A stretch of 64,000 nucleotides of DNA from Candidatus Zixiibacteriota bacterium (GTDB lineage: Bacteria; Zixibacteria; MSB-5A5; WJJR01; JAJRUJ01), in NCBI GenBank assembly GCA_024277855.1, contig JAJRUJ010000113.1:8889-72888 (forward strand), written 5' to 3'. Positions 10,030-17,755 of the stretch are shown one piece after another. The notes under the pieces were generated by a model. The model had not been told where the DNA came from, ran no database searches, and saw only the letters and a list, made by a program, of their open reading frames with translations. The stretch's first letter is position 1, and every line of letters begins with the position of its first letter. The position numbers and the translations under genes are program-made.

Positions 10030-10404
10030 TCACGCCCCCATTTCGACGATCCAGAGGTCGACAAGGGCATTTTCGGTCGTCGTCTGGGTGCGGGCGATTT
10101 TGAAGGAGTTTGACGAAGGGCGGCCGATAATCGACACGGCAGTCGAGCTTTTCGGAATGACGACAATTAGCGGGTGGTCGATGGACGCCGGCAGGCCATT
10201 GCGCCGATGATCGAGCAGTTCATCGTAGACAACATCCTGCACGGCGCCACCAAGGGGAAAATTGAAATACATAATCCGGCGCGTCGAGCCGTCGATCTCA
10301 TCGGCCAACAGGTCCACCGTGGCGGTGCCGGTCTCCCCCCAAACCGAGAAATCCGGCACCCACCATGAGCGGTGCCCGGTCAGGTGTGCGTATGTTTCGA
10401 GCAT
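10030..10404 (-). CDS. Hypothetical beta-rich protein of phage-like cluster
   Basis: GAGGA RBS; co-oriented and tightly packed. Confidence 0.6.
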   Translation of the reverse strand: MLETYAHLTGHRSWWVPDFSVWGETGTATVDLLADEIDGSTRRIMYFNFPLGGAVQDVVYDELLDHRRNGLPASIDHPLIVVIPKSSTAVSIIGRPSSNSFKIARTQTTTENALVDLWIVEMGA

Positions 10405-10437
10405 CTATTCTCATCCTCTTTTGCAAAATGTGGCAAG

Positions 10438-11271
10438 TCAACCACGGCTGACTGAAATCGGCGGCCGCATCGCCGCCAGCGGCCGGCGAAAGGGTTTGAG
10501 CAGTTCGGTTGCCGATGATTGGTACTGCGCGGCAAGTTCAAGCCAGGTGCGGGCCGCCGTAGCCATCGCCGAGGTTTTTGGGCCGGTGGCCGAAAGCTCG
10601 GCGGCCGCACGGACGCGACAAAGAATCGCCACCGCCCAATGTGTCTCGGCCGCAATCAAAACCGGATCTGAGGAATCTTCAAATTGCTCGTCAATCGATT
10701 TGAGGATCACCTCATCAGCCTCGGCAATCGCCTGGTCGATTGTTTCGTCGGTGACTGTCTCGGGACCGGCGACATAATCGACGAGGACATTCTGGCCGTC
10801 CTCGATCACCCCGGTGTCCAGACGGCGCAGGTGTCCCAGAGTCGCATCAAGAATATAGTCGCTGCCGGAGACATATCGACGATGATAGAAATACCAAACC
10901 GCGACCGTCCGGCCCGAGGTGATTGCCCCGGAGTCAATGCGTCGTATTCGACCGGTTGCGTAGTCGACGGTGAAATCGATATTCTCAGTGTAGACGGTGG
11001 TCAACGATGTATTGTCGGCGACGACGAACGATGCGGTCACAGGATAGGAATTAGCCAGAGGTACCCAGTCGGCAGTGAGAATCAACGATTCCTGAACCGG
11101 CGACGAGGATTCCGGGGCTTTGACCACGACCGACGATTCGGTCAAGCCGACATGCGGCAACTGCGCGACTTCGATGCCGGACAGGACGATCCGCAAATCG
11201 CGGACATCCACCTGTCCGACCTGGAATGCCACGAGGTGTTTTCTGATCAGTTCTTTGTTGGTCAGGGGCAT
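10438..11271 (-). CDS. Phage structural-like protein: Ig-like repeats plus C-terminal head-tail connector-like helical domain
   Basis: Two D(F/Y)xxDxxxGxxRRxDxGxIxxG repeats; C-terminal TDETIDQAIAEADEVI..AAETHWAV..ATELLKPF; AGGAGG RBS. Confidence 0.55.
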   Translation of the reverse strand: MPLTNKELIRKHLVAFQVGQVDVRDLRIVLSGIEVAQLPHVGLTESSVVVKAPESSSPVQESLILTADWVPLANSYPVTASFVVADNTSLTTVYTENIDFTVDYATGRIRRIDSGAITSGRTVAVWYFYHRRYVSGSDYILDATLGHLRRLDTGVIEDGQNVLVDYVAGPETVTDETIDQAIAEADEVILKSIDEQFEDSSDPVLIAAETHWAVAILCRVRAAAELSATGPKTSAMATAARTWLELAAQYQSSATELLKPFRRPLAAMRPPISVSRG

Positions 11272-11291
11272 TATTCCTCCTGGGCGGCCGG

Positions 11292-12719
11292 TTACGAGGG
11301 GGCGATTGTCGCGTCATCGAGATTGGCTACTGCGGTTAATTGTCCACCAATCGGCGCGGTTGAAAACGCTGTCCCGACAGTGGCTCGCACCCAATAGCAG
11401 AACTGGGTTCCGACCGTTGTTTTTTGCCAGTCGGACGGCGCCGAATCCAAATCATCCCAGAGCCGCACGACTGACGGTGACGAATCGAAATGGTAGGCCC
11501 CTGATGCAGGGGTAAACTCGGCCCAGGAACTGCCGTCCCAGTATGACCAGGCAACCGCCCCCCCGACCCCTGTTGTCGAGAGAATGACCGCAGCCCGGCA
11601 GAAATGATCAGCCATGCCCAGGTAGACTGCATCACCGGAGGCGGCGATTAATTTCCCGGTGTCGGCGTGGAAAATATCGGCGGTACTTTCATCGGCGGCC
11701 TCGTCGGTCACCTCGTGCAAAGCAGGCGTCGAGGCGGGGGCGTAACAATAAACGGCATCATAGATCGAATAACCGGGCATGACGGGAGCGGGAGTGGTGA
11801 ATACCGAATCTTCCAGATGGGCACTGTACCAGCCAACCTGGTTGGTCCCCACCTCACGACCAAAAAGCACGTAAGCGGTGGTACCGATAAAATAGACTTT
11901 GGGTGAAAAAGCCGGATCGGCATCGACAGTATATAGTCCGCTCCAGGCCGTACCGTCGTGTTCTTTATAATACAGATCATCCCCGGTCGAAAAAGCCACG
12001 GCGAGACGGTGGTCGAGTGAAACAGCGGCGCCGAAATTGTCGTACAATCCCGTGCCGGTATAGATAGTTTCCGCCGAACCCCAGGTTACTGAGGAGATGT
12101 CTTTTTGTTGCTTGGCCAGCGTGGTCCCGTTGAGGGTGTAAAAACAATGGAGGTAATCCTGCCGATTGACCAGCAGAGAATACGCCGACGTCGCACCGGT
12201 CGAGATTAACGCTTCCCCCGGGTCGGTCGGCCCTACACCCCACAAATCCCCCTCGTTGACGGAAACCTTGGCGTTAAGGTAGTAGGCGCCGCCGGAGTAA
12301 CGCGACCAGGTGATCAGCAATGTCCCGTTACGGTCTTTGTATAGGGCCGGGAAATAATTGTCGTCTTGCGAATAGACTGTTGCTTCGGTGTTCAGCGACC
12401 AGGCCCCGGCGGCATAGGACAATTTGACCGACATCAAATTGCCGGTGGTTTGCCGGGTCCAGGCGACGAAGACATTACCCTCGTCGTCCATCCACCCGGC
12501 CACCGGATAGTCGGCGGCATCGGTGATGATCTCGACCGGGGTCGACCAGTCAACATACGGCGGATCGGCGATCGAGTAGGCAATGACCGAGGCACTCTTG
12601 GGAAACAGGGCAAAGATCCGGTCACTAAACTCCCCGATCGGCACGCGGAATAACTTATGCTGGCTGGGAATCCCCGCACCGTACCCCGAACTCGAATTAT
12701 AGATCAAGGAATTTGGCAT
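11292..12719 (-). CDS. Beta-propeller-like protein with C-terminal beta-sandwich, phage structural-like
   Basis: Repeated W-ending beta blades (GAWS, VTWG, TAWS); AWSYWDGSSW..YWVRAT; no signal peptide. Confidence 0.6.
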   Translation of the reverse strand: MPNSLIYNSSSGYGAGIPSQHKLFRVPIGEFSDRIFALFPKSASVIAYSIADPPYVDWSTPVEIITDAADYPVAGWMDDEGNVFVAWTRQTTGNLMSVKLSYAAGAWSLNTEATVYSQDDNYFPALYKDRNGTLLITWSRYSGGAYYLNAKVSVNEGDLWGVGPTDPGEALISTGATSAYSLLVNRQDYLHCFYTLNGTTLAKQQKDISSVTWGSAETIYTGTGLYDNFGAAVSLDHRLAVAFSTGDDLYYKEHDGTAWSGLYTVDADPAFSPKVYFIGTTAYVLFGREVGTNQVGWYSAHLEDSVFTTPAPVMPGYSIYDAVYCYAPASTPALHEVTDEAADESTADIFHADTGKLIAASGDAVYLGMADHFCRAAVILSTTGVGGAVAWSYWDGSSWAEFTPASGAYHFDSSPSVVRLWDDLDSAPSDWQKTTVGTQFCYWVRATVGTAFSTAPIGGQLTAVANLDDATIAPS

Positions 12720-12795
12720 GGTCCTGCTTTCATTTGGCGGCGGAGGGGTGGCAAAGCCGCCCCGTCCGCGTCCGGTAAATTTTGAGAATCAACGA

Positions 12796-13908
12796 TTAAG
12801 TCCACGAGGAATCCAGGACCTTGGCCGCGCCGCCGATGACTTTGGCATAGGCGACCGATTCGGAAATTACCGCCTCCTCAATGCGCTGCTCAATGACCTT
12901 GTCATATTCGATAGTCAACGGCTGCGTGACGACTTCTTCGACGGCAAAACGGCGGTCCATGCCGATGATCAAATCATCAGCCACTTCGTCACAGCGGACC
13001 AGGCGCGCGCCGAGCGGGCTGACCAGTTCACCGGTCGACTGGAAACGGAACCCGGCCAGCGGGTCTTTAAACTCGCTCAGGTTCAAAATTGTCCGGCAGG
13101 TCGCCTTGGAGCAGACCAGCGTGTTCATTTCGTACGGGTGGAGTTCGGCCCAGAATTTCACCAGATCGTCATAATCCAGCGTCCCGGATGCGTCGGTATT
13201 GATCACCTCAGCCGCGTTATCGTTGCCGTCTCCGTTTTGGATGACATCGATTAACAACCCCATTTTGTCGGTTTGGAGGCGATAACCGATGTACCACAAC
13301 AGGACCCGAAACTGGTCGGTTGTGCGGTGACGCAGCGACTTGTACGAGGCCTTGAGGACCAGGCCGTAATCAGGGACATTAATCGTGTTGAGTTGTTCAT
13401 GGACCAATACCGCCGGGACATCGGCGCCCTCGGCCAGAGGTCGGAGCGACAGATCGGTGTCGGAACCGGATGTGTCGACGGCAAACGGGGTATACCGGCT
13501 GCCCGCTACGGTCGAGGTCGACGCGATCAGGGTATTCAATTCCGGTCGCATGGTCATCCCGCGTGCAATTTCCCGCCGCATAAATTCAGGCAACAGGGCG
13601 GGCGCGCCGCGATAGAACAACTCAACAGTCGTGGGATAAGTATCGCCGAGGCGGATCCCCCGCACTGCCAGTTGACGCTCGAATGCGTCGAGTGGCGAAC
13701 CGAATGGCGAGGGATCGTATTCGTCGCTCTCGAGAAGTTCGGACAAGGTAAGGTTTCGCGCCTGGGCTTCAAGATACGATTCGCGGGTGATATCCAGTTC
13801 GGCGGCCTGGGTCAGATCGACAGAGTGTTTTCGTTGGGCGGGCGCATTGGTTGGGACAACCGCCTGAAAACTATTTGGTGGATTTGCGAGAAAAGCATCA
13901 ATATCCAT
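12796..13908 (-). CDS. Phage major capsid protein (HK97 fold)
   Basis: 370 aa; LDAFERQL, LLPEFMRREIARG, LAEGADVP, YGLVLKASYKSLR, VIQNGDGN, EYDKVIEQRIEEAVIS; follows a decoration-like gene. Confidence 0.85.
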   Translation of the reverse strand: MDIDAFLANPPNSFQAVVPTNAPAQRKHSVDLTQAAELDITRESYLEAQARNLTLSELLESDEYDPSPFGSPLDAFERQLAVRGIRLGDTYPTTVELFYRGAPALLPEFMRREIARGMTMRPELNTLIASTSTVAGSRYTPFAVDTSGSDTDLSLRPLAEGADVPAVLVHEQLNTINVPDYGLVLKASYKSLRHRTTDQFRVLLWYIGYRLQTDKMGLLIDVIQNGDGNDNAAEVINTDASGTLDYDDLVKFWAELHPYEMNTLVCSKATCRTILNLSEFKDPLAGFRFQSTGELVSPLGARLVRCDEVADDLIIGMDRRFAVEEVVTQPLTIEYDKVIEQRIEEAVISESVAYAKVIGGAAKVLDSSWT

Positions 13909-13949
13909 AATCTCTCCATGGTCAAAATGCGGTCAATGTTCTTAAGTTT

Positions 13950-14372
13950 TTAGTTGAGCAAAAGCGTGCAAGAGCTTGTGCCGCTGACGGACAAAACTGT
14001 GCCTCGGGCAAGGTTTCCCCCGGCCGGATCGTCGCCGGTTAAGGCCGGGGCCTGTTTGACCGTGCCGTTGGCCCCACAAACGACCCGATCGCCGACGGTC
14101 GGATACGTGGCTGAAATCGGCATGGTGCAGACCCCGGCGATTTGCACCGTAGCCAGCCGCTCGCCGTCATCGCCGTCTTGTAATGTCAGGGCGATGAGCT
14201 TGCCCAACAGGACGGCGCCGGCCGTGCCGGGACCGATTTCGTAATTGTCGGTAAGCGTCACACTGCCGCCGATATCATCGTCGGTCAAATCATCGACACC
14301 CGCCGTTTGGTGGATTTTGAACGTGGCGAACACCTCGCCGACTGAATCCAGATTGTGGGAACGAATGGTCAT
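13950..14372 (-). CDS. Capsid decoration/cement-like protein (DUF2190-like)
   Basis: 140 aa, Gly/Ala/Thr-rich beta protein (ATVQIAG..PTVGDRVVCGANGTVK) directly before MCP; GAGGAG RBS. Confidence 0.65.
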   Translation of the reverse strand: MTIRSHNLDSVGEVFATFKIHQTAGVDDLTDDDIGGSVTLTDNYEIGPGTAGAVLLGKLIALTLQDGDDGERLATVQIAGVCTMPISATYPTVGDRVVCGANGTVKQAPALTGDDPAGGNLARGTVLSVSGTSSCTLLLN

Positions 14373-14402
14373 ACGGTTCTCCTCGGGTTAATTGGTGGTG
14401 GT

Positions 14403-14711
14403 TCAGTAATTATCGTGTCTTGGCGAATGGGGTAATTTCGAACGCTGGTCTGCCGCATTCCGGCTGCGCGGCGTTGCGGCAAAGACAGAGTCGAACACCC
14501 GCTCCACTTCCCGTTTGATCGAGATCAACCGCTCGGCATCATCGACAGGCAGATCGTCGGGATCGAAGGTCCATTCCGGTCGGCGAGGGTTAAGCAAGCA
14601 CTCTACGGCCCGTGCCCGGCGTCGGATATCTGTGAGGAACTCGGCAATCAGCCGATCAGGCCCCGCGCCGACAGCGGGACCGAAATCCTGGTTTTTGGGT
14701 TTCTGGGTCAT
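14403..14711 (-). CDS. Small helical scaffold-like protein
   Basis: Lies between protease and decoration genes; charged helical composition. Confidence 0.5.
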   Translation of the reverse strand: MTQKPKNQDFGPAVGAGPDRLIAEFLTDIRRRARAVECLLNPRRPEWTFDPDDLPVDDAERLISIKREVERVFDSVFAATPRSRNAADQRSKLPHSPRHDNY

Positions 14712-14753
14712 CGCAATTCCCCGGATTAGGTGGATGGGACCGACGACGGCCGG

Positions 14754-15068
14754 TCAGTGGTTGATTTCACTTTCGATGCGGGTCAGCCGTACGCGCAGTT
14801 CATCGCGCAGCTTAAAAAATTCATCACGGCTGACCAGATGATCGCTGAGCAGCACCTCGATCTGGGCCAGGCGCAGTTCGATTCGTTCGGCGGTCGTACG
14901 GTCGGCTTTCTCGGCCAGAGCGAGTTTCAAGTCGCTGATCGTGCCGAAATAGGCGGCGACAACCGCAAATGCCGTGACCAGAGCGGTGGTGGCGAGCCGG
15001 ATGATCGTCTGTTTCCACCACGTTTTCGAGTGATCCGGCTGGGATGACGAGACAAGACGGCCGGTCAT
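14754..15068 (-). CDS. Single-TM coiled-coil protein (holin/XhlA-like)
   Basis: Hydrophobic segment IIRLATTALVTAFAVVAAYFG, then heptad coiled coil; ATGA-coupled to upstream gene. Confidence 0.55.
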   Translation of the reverse strand: MTGRLVSSSQPDHSKTWWKQTIIRLATTALVTAFAVVAAYFGTISDLKLALAEKADRTTAERIELRLAQIEVLLSDHLVSRDEFFKLRDELRVRLTRIESEINH

Positions 15069-16753
15069 GCCTGCCTCACTTTCTGTCTGGAATTATCAGC
15101 GGCGGGGATAAGGATACCCCCCGCCGCTGTCCCGGAGCAGGAGGTGTGGCTGGTACGCAAGGCAAATTGCGGGTGTCGGATTTTGGCGATTCGACAAACG
15201 GCGTCGACAGAGTCGGCACGATTACGCTGAATCGGGGAATAGATAATTTTGAGGTTGGACAGGTGTAATCCACCCCGCTCATCCACCGCCGGTTCGCCGT
15301 TGATCGGGACAATCCGCCCGATTTCAAACCGGTGGACCGATGATACCAATTCGTCGATTTCGAACAGGTCCCGGCGGCCTTCAAAAGCCAGGCGATACTG
15401 CCAGCCGCCCTCAGACGAGGATTCCCGAGCCACAATTTGCCCCCACAGCCGACCCTTGCGCCGCCACTCGTACGCCGGGGAACCATCCTGCAATGACGAT
15501 GTCGAGGGGCAAATCCGGACACCATACGAAGAGACAGATGACGGCAAAGCCATCGGAATATTTTTACGATTTACTTCTTTGTAGAACAATGGCTTGATTA
15601 CCCCACCTGAAAGAAACACTTTACTAAGCAATTGTTGGTTTTTAAGGACCGGAACCTGAAGAATATTTTCATTCCCCAGCCGTCCCAGCCACTGGAGATG
15701 GAGCACCGGCTCGGGGGATTTCATTTTACGAGACGGGTGGAGCAACCAGCCAAATACAGTAAAATCATCGGTGCAAGCGCGCCGGAGGGAGTTGACAACC
15801 AGGGGAAGTTTCTCGCTGATTTCTTCATCTTCCGGCGAAAAAAGAAACACCTCCCCGGCCCGGCCGACAGCGACAACCGGCAATCCATCAACTAACGGCG
15901 CGACAATAAACCGATTGCCCGCGAGGTCCGCCGACGGGAGATCGGCGAGATCAGCCAACGGTGCACCACCCCGCAACGCGGCATCGAAAAGCAACTCGAC
16001 ATCTTTTCTCATCTCTGATTCGGCGGGGAAATTATTGGCCTCGCCGGAGAGAGTTTCGGCCGGAACCTCCTTGCCGGGAACATTGAAAAACAACCCGGCG
16101 CCGATCCGGGTGCCCGGTGTCGCCCCCCGGTAGACCAGGGACGTTTCCAACACCCGGACGATTTCGCGATAAAGATAGTGGGCGGGGCGTACGACGCCGT
16201 CAGGATGCTCATATTCGACCGCCGGGCGATGGTCGCATTCACGGATATCGCCTCCACAGACCGAACACTCGGGGCGTTTGAACTCGAACCCGATCGATAC
16301 TTCACGCAGGACCCCGGCATCAATGCGGGAAGCCAGGTCCTCCGCCCCGGACGCATTTTTCGGCCAATAAAACCAGACCTTGATCCAGGGCCGACCATCC
16401 CGGGAAACCACCCCGGCTTTAAAATTCCGCGCCACCGGCAACTGTCGTTTGTCATGGGCGATCAGCACCGGCGAATCGACAATCAATTCACATAAACGAG
16501 TGAACTCCTCGACAGCAAACCGGCCTCCGTGTTCATTGACCTCATCGGAGATGACCTCCATCGCGCGGAGATGGACAGTCTCGGTGCTCACCGGAACCGG
16601 CGGTTCGATAACCCGGTTGATCTCGGTAATCAGGCCGGACAAATACTCCGGTTCATCTCTGCCGGACGCTTGACGCTCTTTACGCCCGGTCGTTTCGTCG
16701 ATAACGGGCACTGCCTCAACTCGCCCAATCAATTCACCCAATAATGTGGACAC
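15065..16753 (-). CDS. Prohead protease-like domain (with CxxC/C-H Zn motif) fused to degenerate ATP-dependent DNA ligase-like region
   Basis: GAGGAG RBS then GTG 16753; VLIAHD, IDAGVLREVSIGF, ECSVCG..ECDH, ETSLVYRGA; C-terminal IVAPLVDGLP..VFLFS..FTVFGWL. Confidence 0.65.
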   Translation of the reverse strand: MSTLLGELIGRVEAVPVIDETTGRKERQASGRDEPEYLSGLITEINRVIEPPVPVSTETVHLRAMEVISDEVNEHGGRFAVEEFTRLCELIVDSPVLIAHDKRQLPVARNFKAGVVSRDGRPWIKVWFYWPKNASGAEDLASRIDAGVLREVSIGFEFKRPECSVCGGDIRECDHRPAVEYEHPDGVVRPAHYLYREIVRVLETSLVYRGATPGTRIGAGLFFNVPGKEVPAETLSGEANNFPAESEMRKDVELLFDAALRGGAPLADLADLPSADLAGNRFIVAPLVDGLPVVAVGRAGEVFLFSPEDEEISEKLPLVVNSLRRACTDDFTVFGWLLHPSRKMKSPEPVLHLQWLGRLGNENILQVPVLKNQQLLSKVFLSGGVIKPLFYKEVNRKNIPMALPSSVSSYGVRICPSTSSLQDGSPAYEWRRKGRLWGQIVARESSSEGGWQYRLAFEGRRDLFEIDELVSSVHRFEIGRIVPINGEPAVDERGGLHLSNLKIIYSPIQRNRADSVDAVCRIAKIRHPQFALRTSHTSCSGTAAGGILIPAADNSRQKVRQA

Positions 16754-16921
16754 TTCGCTCTCCTCTGGTTTGCCGCTCCCGGCCCCGTTTTTTCGCTCTT
16801 TCACCCTACCCGCCGGTGCCGCACATTGCACCACTCTGCACCACCCCACCACCACGCTTGAGCTAACCTATTGCCAATCAATGGGTCGATATCACCTCGC
16901 GGTTTTTTGGCTAAACTACGC

Positions 16922-16950
16922 TTGACAACTGAACATTTGTTCAGTATCTA
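16922..16950 (+). promoter_or_regulatory. Sigma70-type promoter with embedded LexA-type (GAAC-N4-GTTC) operator
   Basis: TTGACA-N17-TATCTA; spacer holds the inverted repeat ACTGAACA-TT-TGTTCAGT (16928-16945). Confidence 0.75.
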
Positions 16951-16976
16951 CCGTATGGATATAAAGGAGGGAGAAA

Positions 16977-17216
16977 ATGGAGTTGGAAATGGCCGGAGAA
17001 ACCAAAGAAACCATGGCGACGAATATCGTCCCGCTCATCCCCCTGCAGGCGGCGGAGGGTTCACTCTGTTCCTGCGGCGGTCCACTGGGTCGAACAGTTG
17101 ATTTCGTCGTCTGTGAACATTGTAACCGACTTTACTGCCCCGACTGCGGCGGGCCGATCGTTCACGGCGGCGGGTGTTGCTCGTGTCCGGTCTGCGGTTA
17201 CGGGTATTGCGCGTGA
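16977..17216 (+). CDS. Small Cys-rich Zn-ribbon protein
   Basis: AAGGAGG RBS; CSCGG..CEHC..CPDCGG..GCCSCPVCGYGYC. Confidence 0.75.
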   Translation: MELEMAGETKETMATNIVPLIPLQAAEGSLCSCGGPLGRTVDFVVCEHCNRLYCPDCGGPIVHGGGCCSCPVCGYGYCA

Positions 17217-17233
17217 GCGGGGACATTCCAACA

Positions 17234-17755
17234 ATGTCCGGACGATTGGAACGACGGTCCGTTCGATTGCGGGATTATGATTACTCCCGGGCCGGAGCAT
17301 ATTTCGTCACGATCTGCACCAAAAACCAGGAATGCATTTTGGGCCGGATCGTCGGTGAGGAAATGCACCTAAGTCATGCCGGAGAAATTGTTGAGTCTAT
17401 TTGGCGAGGTCTGCCGTAACGGTTCCCGCAGATAAAGGTCGATTGGCATATCATTATGCCAAACCATTTTCATGGTATCGTCGAAATAACCGAATCATCG
17501 GAATCGGTTCAACCAACCGTAGGGGCAGGGCTTGCCCTGCCCACGGGCGCGGCAAGCCGCGCCCCTACGCTCGGAACGATCATTGGTGCCTTTAAATCAA
17601 TTTCTGCGATCAAAGTTAATCGGCTGCTATCTCGTGTAAACCAACCTTTATGGCAACGCAATTACTATGAACATGCCATCCGCAACAACTATGACTTGAA
17701 TATGGTTCGAACCTATATCACGGCCAATCCCATGCAATGGGAATCAAAACGATGA
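17234..17755 (+). pseudogene. REP-associated tyrosine transposase (RAYT, IS200-like Y1) with internal in-frame stop
   Basis: RRSVRLRDYDYS.GAYFVTICT, MPNHFHGI, LWQRNYYEH, YI..NP; TAA at 17417-17419 lies between two in-frame halves. Confidence 0.9.
17519..17568. repeat. GTAG-type REP doublet inside RAYT
   Basis: GTAGGGGCAGGGCTTGCCCTGCCC-AC-GGGCGCGGCAAGCCGCGCCCCTAC. Confidence 0.85.

Noticed and set aside
12796..13908. Classical family 1/2 encapsulin
   Set aside because: Size, motifs and the accompanying protease and decoration genes are phage-MCP-like; no DyP, ferritin or desulfurase cargo gene adjacent
7782..16753. Complete prophage
   Set aside because: No recognisable integrase, att sites, repressor, replication, large terminase, portal, tape measure or endolysin
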